Assembly: GCA_963823665.1 (NCBI GenBank)
Contig: CAWGMQ010000007.1
Span: forward strand, 544,001 to 608,000
Source: an uncultured Planctomycetota bacterium
Lineage (GTDB): Bacteria; Planctomycetota; Planctomycetia; Isosphaerales; Isosphaeraceae
Direction: 5' to 3'
Length of the DNA stretch: 64,000 bases
Within the stretch, counting starts at the first letter, position 1, and every line of letters begins with the position of its first letter. This document shows positions 42,592 to 55,107 of the stretch, one piece after another. The notes beneath the pieces were generated by a model. The model was not told the origin of the DNA. It worked only from the letters and a program-made list of their open reading frames with translations, and searched no databases. A program made the position numbers and the translations under genes.

Positions 42592-44075
42592 ATGCTTGTC
42601 CCCCACGAAGAGCCGAAGAAGCCACGCAAGCCCAAGAAGCCGAGCAAACCCAAGGAGCCGACCAACAAGCCGCGGGTCAGGTCGCTTCCCGTCCCCGTCC
42701 CCGCCTCCTCTGCACCGCTCAGTGTCGTGAATCCAGACGCAGCCGGAGTTGATGTTCATTCCGACATGCATATGGTCTGCGTTCCCGCTGACCGCGACGT
42801 TGACCCAGTCCGCTGGTCTGCGTTCCCGCTGACCGCGACGTTGACCCAGTCCGCCAGTTCGGTGCCAACACCGCCGATCTTCAGGAGATCGCTGTGTGGT
42901 TAAAGAAATGCGGCGTAAAAACCGTCGCGTTGGAATCCACCGGCATTTACTGGATTCCTCTGTTCGAGCTCCTCGAATCCCAGGGCTTCGAGGTTATGCT
43001 GGTCGAACCGGGACAGCTTTCGCGTTGTGGCGCGCGCCCCAAGACGGACGTACTCGACGCGCAGTGGATCCAGCGGTTGCACTCCTACGGCCTCTTACGT
43101 GGGTCGTTCCGACCTCCGGACTCCGTGTTGGCCCTGCGCGCCTACTCCCGGCAACGGCAGATGCTGGTGCGTTACGCCGCTGCTCATGTCCAACACATGC
43201 AGAAGGCCTTGGAGCAGATGAACGTCAAACTGACGGAAGTCATGAGCGACATCACGGGACTGACGGGCATTTCGATCATCGACGCCATTCTGCGAGGCCA
43301 ACGCAATCCCAAGAAGCTGGCCAAACTGCGGCATGGGCGCTGTAATCACAGCGAGGAGCAGATTGCCCTAGCGTTGGAAGGGACATGGCGGCCCGAACAT
43401 CTCTTCGAGCTGCGGCAGGCGCGCGAGCTGTACCAGTTCCATCATGGGCAGATCACCGAGTGTGACCAGCAGATTGAAGCCGAACTGGCCAAATTCGAAA
43501 ACCGGGCGGGAGAGAAGACACAAACTGGTAAGCCACGCACGCGTGGTCGCAAAAGCAACGATGCCCGATTCGAGGCGACGGGCCCGTTGTTCCAGGCATT
43601 GGGTGTAGACCTGACAAAAATCGAGGGAATCGGCGTGGGAACGGCCCTGATCATTCTGGCCGAAATCGGTGTGGACGTCAGTCGGTTTCCCACGGAGAAG
43701 CACTTCGCAAGTTGGCTGCGTCTTTGTCCTTCCCAGGATGAGAGCAATAAGACCAAAAGACGTCGCGGTCATCGCCAAGGGAAGAACCGAGTCGCTATCG
43801 CCCTACGGATGGCCGCGCAGTCAGCAGGCAAGACGATGACACCCTTGGGCATGTACTACCGACGGATCAAAAGTCGGATCGGTGGACTTGGAGCCGTCAA
43901 GGCGACTGCACACAAGCTGGCCTGTTTGGTCTACAGGATGCTCAAGTACGGCGAAGAGTATGTGACCCAGTCGATGGAGGAGTACGAGGCCAAGATCAAA
44001 GCCAATCTGGTGAGAGCGCTCCAGCGGAAGGCGGCGGCGATGGGCTTCCAGCTCAGTCCGATAGCAACGCTATAG
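42592..44075 (+). pseudogene. IS110 DEDD recombinase/transposase disrupted by a 41-bp duplication
   Basis: GVDV, LESTG, KTDVLDA (D-E-D-D); IEGIG, AEIG.D..RF, LCP...ES, ATAHKLA. Confidence 0.9.
42773..42854 (+). repeat. Perfect 41-bp tandem duplication
   Basis: TGGTCTGCGTTCCCGCTGACCGCGACGTTGACCCAGTCCGC, two copies. Confidence 0.95.
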
Positions 44076-45071
44076 AGGAATCGATCGAGGCCGTCGCCAT
44101 CGCGCTACAGGCCTGTCACAATGCTCAACGCCGCGAAGCCCACTTCTCGCATATTCGTTGTTATGGGGGTCTGGGGGAAATCTGCGCGTCGTTCGCTACA
44201 AAATGCAGGAACAAACCCCAAATAATCGAGTCATGTTGTTGATTGCTTGGGGAGTTCATGGGGAGTTCCATCCACTGCTACTTATATGGAGCGTGTGAAC
44301 AGTGGGTTGTCAGTGGTCAGTTGTTGGAGGATTCCGTTAGTTATGATTCGTGCGTGTGTTCACAATTAACAAAGAAATCGCGCAAAGCCGTATGTCGGGA
44401 CGTTGCAGTCGTCTCGATCGAGTGATTGCACTTTTTTTGGATGCTTTTATTGCCGAAATCCGAAACCTGACACATAATAATATTAGAGAGGATGGGCAGC
44501 GAACGCGCGATGCTCGCGCGATCGGTGGCTCCCTCTGCTTTCCTACCTCCTCGTCGATCTCTGCTCATCCTGAGAACGGCGGTCAACTTCACGCACAGAG
44601 TGCCATCCAGTGCCAGATCGTGCCATCGGCAAGCAGGCTGAGATTCGCTCCAAAACCCGGACGGGCCGAAACGCTCGCCGGGATGTCTGCGTGGCGCTCG
44701 ACAGCTTCGCCGTGTCATCCGGTGAACGCAGGGTTTGCCCGCTCGAGATTGAACGAGAAGGGCGGGGATTTCTCATTTTTTTAATCAATTATTATCATTT
44801 TTTATCGACTGAAAAAGGCTCACGAATCGACCGAAACCTTTTTCGCATAAACCCTTGCGGATGACGGTCGATCGGAATCCTGGCGTGAGACGCTTGGCGG
44901 GCTGCGCGGCGGCGATTTTGGATCAAAGCGAGTTGCTCACGGGCGGGGTTTTTGGTTTCGAATTCCAGGTGGAGTCGCCAGGCTGGCCCTCGACAGCGGT
45001 TCCGCTGCCGATCGATTCCATGTCGCGGGCGGAACTTTCCGGGTTCGCCACGAAATTCCAAAACAACCTGC

Positions 45072-45112
45072 TTGACACGAAGATTTACTTCGATAAATTT
45101 ACTTGAGTAGAT
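45072..45112 (+). promoter_or_regulatory. Promoter with two BlaI/CopY-type operator boxes
   Basis: TTGACA, 16 nt, TAAATT; ATTTACTTCGATAAAT (45083-45098) and ATTTACTTGAGTAGAT (45097-45112) resemble TACA-NN-TGTA. Confidence 0.7.
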
Positions 45113-45138
45113 TATATCGGAGGATGGAGGGGCAGGTG

Positions 45139-45513
45139 ATGAGTGAGACGCAACTGGGGAGGATGCAGACTCGAATCATGCAGGTGTTGTGGGACCTGGG
45201 GCGTGCCAATGCGCGTGAGATCACCGACGCGCTCAACACCGAGGAGGCGGTCGCCCACAGCACGGTGCAGACACTGTTGCGGCAGCTAGAGGCCAAGGGG
45301 GCGGTCGGGCACGAGTCTACAGGGCGCACGTTCGTGTTTTTTCCGCGCCTCAAAGAAGACAAGGTCAAGCGCACGGCGACTCGCGACCTGCTCGAGCGGG
45401 TGTTCGGCGGCAATGTGGGGAGCTTGGTGGCGCACTTGCTCAAGCACGAGCGGCTTTCGAGGGACGAGCTTGATGAGCTCAAGCGGTTGATCGATGACGA
45501 GCGCCGGGATTGA
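45139..45513 (+). CDS. BlaI/MecI/CopY family repressor
   Basis: IMQVLW, STVQTLLRQLEAKG, LLERVFGG..LVAHL. Confidence 0.92.
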   Translation: MSETQLGRMQTRIMQVLWDLGRANAREITDALNTEEAVAHSTVQTLLRQLEAKGAVGHESTGRTFVFFPRLKEDKVKRTATRDLLERVFGGNVGSLVAHLLKHERLSRDELDELKRLIDDERRD

Positions 45514-45555
45514 AGTGATCCACCATTCGTTCGGTCGAGGAACAGGGGAGCAGCC

Positions 45556-48500
45556 ATGGCGAACTATGGTCTCGAAGCAGTTCTGGGACAACTCGCGGGA
45601 TTTGGCCTGACGTGGCTCGTGCAATCATCGGTCTTGCTGGCGCTGGGGCTTGCGGCTGGGCGCGTGCTCAGGCGGTCGGGCCCAGCGGTGCAGTCGGGCG
45701 TTTACCGGACGACGCTACTCGCAGTGGTCGTTTGCCCGTTCGCGTCCGCCGTGCTCGGCGCAGCGGGCTTCGACGGATTATCGCTGCGGCTGCCGTCAAG
45801 GGCACACGAGCCAGTGCCCGGTGAACGGGCGGCGCACGACGAGCCGCAATCCACTGGGGAACCTTCAGTAACTCCGCGAGATCTGTCGCCGAGCCCCGTG
45901 CAGATGGCCGAGACGCCGCCGATCGTCGCGGAACGAACCAATCTCACGGCGGCCGAGGCCGCGCGGGCTGCCGCGCCCGGTCGCTTCGCGCTGAGAATGG
46001 ACACGACGGTTATCGCCGCCGTCTTCGTTGCCATTTGGCTTGTGGGATCGACATTCATGGCTTTCTGGCTGTGCGTCGGTTGGGCTCGGATGCGGCGGTT
46101 GCGATCTTCGGCGGCGCCAGCCGAACCGGCCGCGGACGCGCTCTGTCGCGATATCGCGCGCCAGTTGAGGGTCGCCTCACCATCGGTCTGGCGCAGCCCG
46201 TTCCTGTTCAGCCCGTGCCTGGACGGACTGAGGCGCCCGGCAATCTTGCTGCCGGACGACGTGGGAAGTAACTTGCGCGAAACGTTTATTCATGAACTGG
46301 CCCATCTTCTTCGCCGCGACGGTCTGTGGAACTGGCTGCGCCGCTGGACGAACGTCGCTCTCTGGGCTCAACCGCTGCTCTGGGTGCTCTCGCGTCGACT
46401 CGAGGCAACGTCCGAGGAAGTTTGCGATGACTACGTGGTGCACTCGGGAGCGAAGCGCAGCGCCTATGCCGGCCATCTTCTCGAGCTCGCGGGCAGGTCG
46501 CTGCCGCCGATTGCCCCGGCCAGCGTGGGGATGGTCTCATTGCGGTCGTTGCTGGCCCGGCGAGTCATTCGCATCCTCGACACATCTCGGGCGATCTCGA
46601 CTCGAGCGGGGACACGGGCCATCGTCGTGATGGTCGCCGTCGGTGCGGCGTTGACGCTCCTGGCGGGCTTGGTCGGAATCAATGAGCGGCAAAGGGCAGA
46701 GGCGAGCACGGCCGAAGTCGTCCCGGACGGCGGACCGGATCCGTCGGGCAAGAAGGTGCGCGGGCAAGTTGTCGGACCCGACGGCCGGCCGATGGCCGGC
46801 GCAACGGTGATTGCGTGGCGGTGGCGCCCCGATGGCCCGCGCATTGACGACGAGCACGTTTCGCGCAAAGCGTCGGTGATCGGGAGAAAGACCACCGGGC
46901 CCGACGGCCGGTATGAATTCTACTTCGAGACGGCGGAGGTTGCGACCGCGGCTCGGGTCATCGCGATTGCCCCCGGAGCTGGCCTCGGTTATCGCGGCAA
47001 GGATGACGAGATTCGACTTTCAGCGGGCGATCTGCCGATCGCAGGCCGGCTTGTTGACCTCGAAGGGCGCCCGGTCGCCGGTGCGAAGGTTCTCGCTTGG
47101 CCAGGTGATGCTCCCGCGGAGCGATGCCGCGCCGACTCGTATGCCAAAGCAGCCGGGGGCGGCGGTCACCAAGATGCAGATGCCGGCACGCTCGCCGGCG
47201 CCCGCAAGCGATCCCGTCTCGAAGAACGGACGAATGTTCCTGGATGCCACCGGCTTGCTGAGCGATGGCCTGGTCACAGACGGTGACGGCCGGTTCCGAA
47301 TCGAAGGCCTCGGCCGCGACGTCCTCGCGAACCTGACGATCTCGGGCCCGACGATCGCGTACAAGCAAGTGCAGGTGATCACTCGAGCGATGGGTCGGGT
47401 GGGGGACGACAATCGCGATCCCTCAGTGCGCGGCCTGAGCGAGGCTGCGACTTACGGCGCGACCTGCACGATCACGGTCGAACCCACGCGACCGATCGAA
47501 GGCTTCGTCCGCGATGCCGAGACGAAGCAGCCGATCCCGGGCGCCATTGTAACCGCGGCCGCGCTCTCCGGCTCAACGCTCCATATCGAAGGGTTCATTT
47601 CGACCGAGACCGACGCGCAAGGGCATTACCGTCTCATCGGGCTGCCCAAGGAAGGAGCTGCTGGCCACAAGCTGGCAGTCTATGCGCCGCTCGACCGGCC
47701 TTATTTCGAGTCGGGGTGGCTTGAAGCGCCCGCGAAGCCCGGCTTCGAGCCGCTCAGCTTCGACGTATCGCTCAAGAGCGGCATCTGGATCAGCGGCAAG
47801 GTGACCGAAGCCGCGACCGGCAAGGCCGTCGCGGCGGCGGTCGATTATTTCCCCATGTTCACCAACAAGCACGCGCAGGACTATCCGAATTTCGACCCCA
47901 ACATCACGGCCACAGTGAGCATCGACACGCGACGCAAGACGGCTGCGGACGGGTCGTTTCAGATCGTCGGCTTGCCCGGTGAAGGAGTCGTGACCGTCCA
48001 CACCGACGACAGGTCTTACCTGGGAGGCTATGGCGCAGAATCGATCAAGGGCCGGAGTGGGCAGGACCAGCTTCTCACATATAATCACATATTCACGTCA
48101 ATGTACCAGAGCCTGAAGCAGATAGCCGTTCCCGAGGGTGCGACTTCATTCGGCTGCGACATGAGCGTCGACGCCGGCCGCGCAGTCCGGCTGAGGCTTG
48201 TGGACGAGGACGGGAAGCCGGTGACGAACGCCACGGTGTGGGGCCGAAATCCGGAAGGATCGGACCACGGCGACCGGAACCTTTACAACGAGAGCACCAC
48301 GCGGGTCGGCGGCCTCGAGCCGGGCAAACCGCGTACGGTCGTGATCCAGCAACGCAGCCGCAAGATCGGCGCGTTGGTCACGATCGGCTCCGACGAGGCT
48401 GGCAAAGATGCGGAGCAGACGGTGACTCTCCGTCCCTGCGCCACACTCACCGGGAGGCTGCTCGGCAGCGACGGCAAGCCTGCCGCCGGGGGCGTCCGCA

Positions 48501-50443
48501 TCGAATTGGTCTGCGATGCTGCGGCTCTGTTCAAGCAGATTCATGTGACGTCGGCGGCAGTTGACTCCGAGGGACGATTCCGATGCGACGATCTTCCCGC
48601 GGGCGGCCCGTATCAGGTGACAGTTGCGGAGCGCCTGGTCTACGGGCTCGGTCGTCGAATGGATCCGGAATCGTACAAGCCGTTTCTGCTCTCCAAGGAA
48701 ATGAAAGTCGAGCGCGGGCAGACGGTCGATCTTGGATCGATTGACGTGAACACCGGCAAGGCGGCCGCGGGTGCACCGGCGGGCCAGGCACCAACCTCGG
48801 ACGTGCCGATAACCGGGCGAGTGCTCAATCTCGAAGGGCAACCGGTTGCAGGCATCGCGGTGAAGGTTGAACACGTCTACGTTCCCAAGCACGATAACCT
48901 GTTGCCATGGCTCGAGGGCGTGAGGAAGGGTGAGCCACCGTGGGTTGCGAGCGGGCATATCGACTGGGAGCGAAAAGACGCTCCCGCGGCCCCGCGCGAA
49001 ACGACCACTGATCAGAGCGGCCGCTTCCGGCTCGACGGTCTGCGTGCCGATCGAATCGTCGGGATCGAGCTACAAGGCCAAACGGTCGCGTTTGCATCAA
49101 TCGAGGTGGTCACGAGGAGAACCGAGCCAATTCCGGCCGCCGGTTATGCGAACAATTTCGGCTCAGGGAAACAATCAATCTACGGATCCGACTTCACCTA
49201 CACGGCGACCCCAAGCCGGCTGATCGAGGGCTCTATCAAAGACTCGAGAACAGGCCGCGCGCTAGCCGGCGCTGAAATCCGGAGCTACCACTTCGCCGGA
49301 TCCGATTTCATCGGGATCATGACGCTGAAGACGAAGACCGACGAACAAGGGCGGTTCCGTCTGGCGGGCCTGCCGAAGGGCGCGGGAAACAAGGTCATCA
49401 TCGTCCCGAGTGATGAGCAACCTTACTTGATGCAGGAAGTAGCGATCCCCGACCCGCCGGGCGCCGGTCCGGTGTCTCTCGAGCTCGCCTTGCAGCGCGC
49501 GATCTGGATCGAGGGCAAGATCACGGAAAAGGCGACGGGAAAACCACTGGAAGGGGCCTGGCTCCATTACTTTCCGTTCCTCGCCAACACGTTTGCCCAG
49601 CAGCACCCTGCCTTCGACGGCGATCGCAATGCCGATGGGGTGGGATTTCAGCATCGCTATCTCACAAAGGCTGACGGAACGTTCAGGCTCGTGGGCCTGC
49701 CTGGCCGCGCGATTGTCGGGGCCGTCGTGGACAAGGACAAGTATATGCCGGGCGCCGGATCCGAAGCGATCGAAGGCATGAACGCCGCAGGGCACTTCGA
49801 GACCTTCAACAATCCGATCATCCCCGGCAGGCTGTTTCCTACCGTCATGAAGGAGATCAACCCACCCGCCGATGCCGAGGTCGTGCATGTGGACCTCGAG
49901 GTCGTCACCGGCCCGTCGGTGCGCGTGCGAGTGGTCGATCCGGAAGGAAAGCCGATCGCCGGCCTCAAGACACGCGGTCGGTTCGGACGAAGTTCGTATG
50001 ACAAAGGGGACATGCCGGCGCCCGACGCCGAAGTTGGCAACTTGAGGCCGGAGGAACACCGAATCTTCCTGGTTCGGCATGAAGGACAGAGACTCGGCAA
50101 GGTGGCGACGGTGAAGCAAGGAGACGACAGGGGCGGGCCGCTCGTCGTGAGGCTTGCGCCACTGGCGGCGATCCGCGGGCGCGTGGTCGACGCTGACGGA
50201 AACCCGATGGCCGCCACCATCCGGCCGGACGTCCTTCCAGGCGGAGACTTCGGGCTCAGCCTGGCGAATGTCGTGACTGGCGCCGATGGGCGGTTCGTCA
50301 TCGAGGATATTCCCACCGGCTGTGACTACGGCATCGCGGTTGAAACCACGGAGCCCATCAAAGGACGGCGATACGCTCATCATCCGCGCGCTGCCGTGAA
50401 ACCCGGAGAAACGACCGAGATCGGCGAGATCAAGATCGAGTAA
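45556..50443 (+). CDS. BlaR1-like M56 metallopeptidase with multiple carboxypeptidase-regulatory-like domains; frameshift near 47095
   Basis: TM helices, HELAH, EEVCD, repeated GxVxDxxGxPxAGA...TDxxGxF modules. Confidence 0.85.
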
Positions 50444-50519
50444 TCCAAGCTCTCGCCCGATACACGGTAAGAAATCAGGAAAGGCTGAGCGTGCGCCCAA
50501 TGCCAGGAGTACCTGATCG

Positions 50520-51888
50520 ATGAGTACATCCCCCTGGTCGATCTATCGTCCGTCTGCCGCCGCCCCCTGGACCCTCGCCCGCGCCTGGACGCTCCGTCGC
50601 CGGGCTGGCTTTGGCGCCACCTGGCGCGAGCTCGAGCGCGACCTGGCCGGTGGGCCAGGTCCAGCCGTCGATCGAGTGCTCTCGGCACACTGCCGACTCG
50701 ACGGCGTTCCGCAGGATTTTGAGGCGACGGCTGCGTTGCTGGGTGATTCCGCCAGCGCTTCGTCTGACCCCCGCCGGCTTGAAGCATGGTGGCTCTACCG
50801 AGCTTACTTTACTCCGGACCCCCTGGGAGAGCGGCTCACGCTCGCGTGGCACGACCACTTCGCGACCAGCCAGCTCAAGGTGGACGATCTGTCTGCGATG
50901 CGAGTGCAGAATGACACATTCAAAAAGCTCGGCCGGGGTCCGTTCGGCGACTTGCTGCGAGCCATGCTGCGCGACCCGGCCTTGCTCGTCTGGCTCGATG
51001 CGCCATCGAACCGCAAGGCGAAACCCAACGAGAATCTCGCTCGCGAATTGATGGAGCTTTTTACACTCGGCGTGGGCCGATTCACAGAGAGCGACGTGAA
51101 GGAATGTGCACGTGCACTGACGGGGCTAAGCGTCGTGCAAGGGCACGCTCATTTCAAACCACCCGATCACGATGAACGTGAGAAGACTATTCTGGGCAGG
51201 ACCGCTCGATTTGATGCCGAGTCGCTCGCCGCGCAACTTTTGGCCCAGCCCGCAGCCGCCGACCGGCTGGCGTGGCGATTGTGTGCGACCTTCTTGGGCG
51301 AAGGAGTCTGCGATGAGTCAGCCCGAGCGGGTCTGGCCGATCTTCTCAGGAATGATGGCCTGCACATTGGCCGTGGAGTCGAGACGGTTCTGCGGTCGGA
51401 GGCTCTTCTTCTCGGAAAGGAATTTGCACACGCGGATTTCCGACCCGGTTGGATTCGTCATCGGATCAGCGCGAGTGCTCGAGCTCTTCGCACCTCCGCC
51501 TTCCACGCTGCTGCTCGCCGAGTGGACTGCGAGGCTGGGCCAGAAGCTTTTCTTCCCGCCCAATGTCGGCGGCTGGCCGGGTGGGCGGCGATGGCTCTCG
51601 GGGCGCGGGATTATCGCTCGCGCCAACTTCGCGGCGGCGCTCGGACTTGGCAGGCTGGTGGTAGAGGGAATCGCTCCTGATCTGTCATCGCTCGCCGAAC
51701 ACCGGGGTTCTTGCAAGGAAGCTTCGGATTCACTGAGTTTCCTTTCTGGGTTGCTCACCGGCCGGCGAATCGACACGTCGCTTGCCCGGTCGCTCTGGCT
51801 TGGCGCTGCGAGCACAGGCTCGGATGCGGGCCGGTTCAACCGTGCCGTCGCCGCGCTCTTATCAAGGCCTGAAGGTCAATTGAGCTGA
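50520..51888 (+). CDS. DUF1800 family protein; frameshift near 51403
   Basis: RRAGFG, LGERLTLAWHDHFATS, PNENLARELMELFTLG, PPNVGGW. Confidence 0.9.
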
Positions 51889-51931
51889 GGATGGGAGTTT
51901 TGATCGGTTGATCGCTAACAGACGTGGAGCA

Positions 51932-53125
51932 ATGGTCATGATCACGCGACGAAATCTTTTGAAAGGCTCTGCATTTCTATCACTTTCGCGGTTCGTGCCC
52001 GGGTTCCTCGAGCGAACTGGGCGAGCCGCGGAAGGCGAGAAAAGCGGGCGAATCCTGGTCACGATCCAGCTCGATGGTGGAAACGACGGAATCAACACGG
52101 TTGTTCCGTTTGGCGACGAGGCGTACGCGAAGTGCCGTCGCGAGCTGCGGCTGCCCACCGACAAGCTGCTCAAGATCGGCGATGGGCTGGGCCTTCATCC
52201 TTCGATGCGGGCCGCGGCCGAACTGCTCGAGAGCGGGCGGCTTGCGATCGTTCAGGGCGTGGGCTATCCGAACCCGAATCGGTCGCATTTCGAGAGCATG
52301 AACATCTGGCAGACGGCCAAGCTCGGCAAACCGGGGCCGGAGGTCATGGGTTGGCTGGGACGCGCGCTTGACAAGGCGCCAGCGGAGAATGGTCCGTCGG
52401 GGGTCTTCGTCGGCGATCAGAATCTGCCGCTGGCGCTGTTCTCGCGGCGGGCCACATCGGCATCGTTTGCGGATGCATCGGATCTGGTTCTGACGCTGCC
52501 GCCGCCCGCGCCGGGCTCCACAGGCGATTTTGGTGACGACCTGGCGGCGTTCGTGAATCGCACAGTCACGAGTGCGTATGCGACGGCGGGTGAGATCGAG
52601 GCGGCCTCGGCCCGCGGCCGCGATAGAAACGCACGCTATCCTGAAACGGGCTTGGCTGTTCGCCTCGAGCTGGTGGCACGTTCGATCAAGGCCGGCTCGA
52701 CGGCGCGTGTGTTCTACGTGATCCAGCCCGGTTATGATTCGCATGCGATCCAGTTGCCGACGCAGGCCCAATTGCTCCGAGAGTTCTCCGGCGCCGTCAA
52801 GGCGTTTCTTGATGATCTGGCAGCCGCGAAGCTCGCTGACCGCGTGGTCGTTCTGGCATTCAGCGAATTCGGCCGCAGGGCCGAGGAAAATGGCTCACTC
52901 GGCACCGACCACGGCACAGCCGGGCCTGTGTTCGTGGCCGGGACGTCTGTGAAATCGGGATTAGTCGGCAAAACGCCGCTCTTGGGCGACCTCGAGGACG
53001 GCAATCTGAAGTGGTCGATCGACTTCCGAAGCGTGTACGCAACGCTTCTGTCCGATTGGCTTCGTCTCCCCGCCCAAGAGATCCTGGCCGGGAGCTTTCC
53101 TCGGGTTCCGCTATTGAAGATTTGA
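51932..53125 (+). CDS. DUF1501 family protein with Tat signal
   Basis: TRRNLL, GGNDGINTVVP, RSHFES, FSEFGR, GTDHG, DFRSVYAT. Confidence 0.92.
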   Translation: MVMITRRNLLKGSAFLSLSRFVPGFLERTGRAAEGEKSGRILVTIQLDGGNDGINTVVPFGDEAYAKCRRELRLPTDKLLKIGDGLGLHPSMRAAAELLESGRLAIVQGVGYPNPNRSHFESMNIWQTAKLGKPGPEVMGWLGRALDKAPAENGPSGVFVGDQNLPLALFSRRATSASFADASDLVLTLPPPAPGSTGDFGDDLAAFVNRTVTSAYATAGEIEAASARGRDRNARYPETGLAVRLELVARSIKAGSTARVFYVIQPGYDSHAIQLPTQAQLLREFSGAVKAFLDDLAAAKLADRVVVLAFSEFGRRAEENGSLGTDHGTAGPVFVAGTSVKSGLVGKTPLLGDLEDGNLKWSIDFRSVYATLLSDWLRLPAQEILAGSFPRVPLLKI

Positions 53126-53149
53126 GCGAAAGGCGTCTGGCGGCTGAGC

Positions 53150-53248
53150 ACTGGCACGGCGAGTGCCACACATCCAACTCTTCCCGAGGGCGGCACACGG
53201 AGTCTGCCGGCTACGCCAGAACGCTGGCGAGTGCCACCCATCCAACAC
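53150..53248. repeat. REP-like direct repeats between convergent genes
   Basis: GGCGAGTGCCAC(A/C)CATCCAAC twice; the first copy forms TGGCAC..GTGCCA. Confidence 0.6.
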
Positions 53249-53293
53249 TTTGAGCGGTGAGTTAGCAAAGACCGCCTCCCATTCTATCCTATT

Positions 53294-53758
53294 TCAGCGC
53301 CTTCTCGGGGGCGTCACCTTCTTGGTTTTGTCGGTCGGCGGGCCGTCGATCATGTTGATGTTTCGCTCGTAGTCCTCATCACGAAAGACCATGACCGGGC
53401 CCGCTCCGAGCACGTGGTATTGCACTTCCTCGACACGCTCGGGCTTCGAGAAGGAGAGTCGGACGGCAAATCGCTTCTCGACACCGACTGCCTCTTCTTC
53501 TCGAAGGATCTCGAACGATTTCAGGCTTTGACCGGAAGCCCATGGCGTGTCGTGCACCTGGACAACAGGCTCGGTGCCCGGCAGAACACCGGGTTTGCCG
53601 CCGTCACACCATGTCTTGAGCGCTGACTCAAGCGCCGTGCGCGCCACAGTGTCGGAGGGTACGGCGGTCGAACCGTTGCTGCATCCTCCGCTCGAATACA
53701 GCACGGCCGCCGACAACCAAACTAGGAGAATCCGAGTTGAAATCCAGGAAGAGTGCAT
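53294..53758 (-). CDS. Putative lipoprotein, DUF1559-associated
   Basis: Signal peptide ending GGCS; AR.ALE.AL..W..G; VMVFRDEDY. Confidence 0.75.
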   Translation of the reverse strand: MHSSWISTRILLVWLSAAVLYSSGGCSNGSTAVPSDTVARTALESALKTWCDGGKPGVLPGTEPVVQVHDTPWASGQSLKSFEILREEEAVGVEKRFAVRLSFSKPERVEEVQYHVLGAGPVMVFRDEDYERNINMIDGPPTDKTKKVTPPRRR

Positions 53759-53772
53759 CGTGGCCCCCTTGT

Positions 53773-54816
53773 TCAGTAGGCGTCGCTCGATATGCTTTCG
53801 CCACCGTCACGCGTGCCCAGCGCTTGCCAGATTTGCAGCGAGACTCCGTTCTTGACGAACTTGGCGCTGCCGTCGCCGAACAGCACGTTCACGCCACCGG
53901 GATGGAGGCTCGACGGGGGCACCTGCATCGGCATGTTGGCCATATTGTTGTTCGAGAAGCCCAGACCGGCGCACGTTGCGGTGTTGGGGGTCGAAACGTG
54001 GTTGTATTCTGTGCAGCACATTTCGCCCATGACCCAGCTTGCGCCTTGCACGTGTGTGAGGCGAGTGGCGGTCAGTGGATTTGTCGCCATGCACGTTTGG
54101 TACGTGGTACTGAGGCTGGTCGTCGCCGTCATGACCATCGAGTCGGAGAGTGCGTTTGAGTCGCGCTGGCCGCTGCCGCGGATCTTCTCGCTGAAAAAGG
54201 CGGTGTTGCTCGTGCCATCCGTGATCTGCTGGAGCTTGGTCGAGCTCTGGAAGTAAAAGATGCCGTGCGGCGTATCACCAGGTGAGATTGTGGAGGGATT
54301 CTGATCGCCCAGGTCGCATTCCCACGACTGCATGTTACCCAGGTAACTGTTGGCCCCCGGCCAGCCGGCAACTGTGTTCGTGGCGTCAGTCGGGCAGAGG
54401 AACACGGAAACCTGGATTCGCGAACCCGTCATGTTGTCACGATTCGCGTTCTCGTAAGCCGGCATGAAGGCAACATCACCCGCCATCCCGGGGGTCTCCG
54501 GAGCCAGACTGAAATTGATGCTGTTGAAGAGGTTCCCTTGCTCAATGAACATCAGCAGTTGGCTCTGGGCAGACCAGCGAGCGTACGCTGCTGCTCCGAA
54601 GTAGCTCGCGCCTTTGCCAAATGGGAGAACCTGGAAGCTGGTCAGATAGTTATGGCACGCGAGGCCGATCTGCTTGAGATTGTTCACACACTGAGCGCGG
54701 CGAGCCGCTTCTCGTGCTGACTGCACCGCGGGAAGTAGCAGGGCAATCAGCACGGCGATGATGGCAATGACGACGAGCAATTCGATCAACGTGAAACCGG
54801 CACGTCGGGTCTGCAT
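53773..54816 (-). CDS. DUF1559 protein with prepilin-type N-terminus and H-X9-DG motif
   Basis: [54 protein letters not shown]. Confidence 0.95.
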   Translation of the reverse strand: MQTRRAGFTLIELLVVIAIIAVLIALLLPAVQSAREAARRAQCVNNLKQIGLACHNYLTSFQVLPFGKGASYFGAAAYARWSAQSQLLMFIEQGNLFNSINFSLAPETPGMAGDVAFMPAYENANRDNMTGSRIQVSVFLCPTDATNTVAGWPGANSYLGNMQSWECDLGDQNPSTISPGDTPHGIFYFQSSTKLQQITDGTSNTAFFSEKIRGSGQRDSNALSDSMVMTATTSLSTTYQTCMATNPLTATRLTHVQGASWVMGEMCCTEYNHVSTPNTATCAGLGFSNNNMANMPMQVPPSSLHPGGVNVLFGDGSAKFVKNGVSLQIWQALGTRDGGESISSDAY

Positions 54817-55107
54817 GGGTCGTGGTCCTTCCTGGGAAAGGATACGCTCAAGAAATAAGCGAAAGGATGATGAATGATCGATCAGAGCAATTGAGGAGTG
54901 CAAGGCGGCGCCCACGCGCCTGCCGCAGGTGTTACTGCGAGTCCAGGCCGCTGGCGAATGACTGATAAGAATTGTTCACGACGCAAGCCGCAGAGCCCAA
55001 TCCACGATCGCGTGTGGTCGGGTTTCGAGCGCGGCGGAGCGCATCTGGTCTACACGCACGATGGCACAGCACGACGAGGCGAAGTCACCTGCAGCTCGTG
55101 CGGCCAT

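Larger units (their letters stand above)
42329..44265 (+). mobile_element. IS110-family element; ends predicted
   Basis: Transposase with a long structured 5' non-coding end and no TIRs; GAG at both predicted ends; alternative left end near 42101. Confidence 0.65.
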
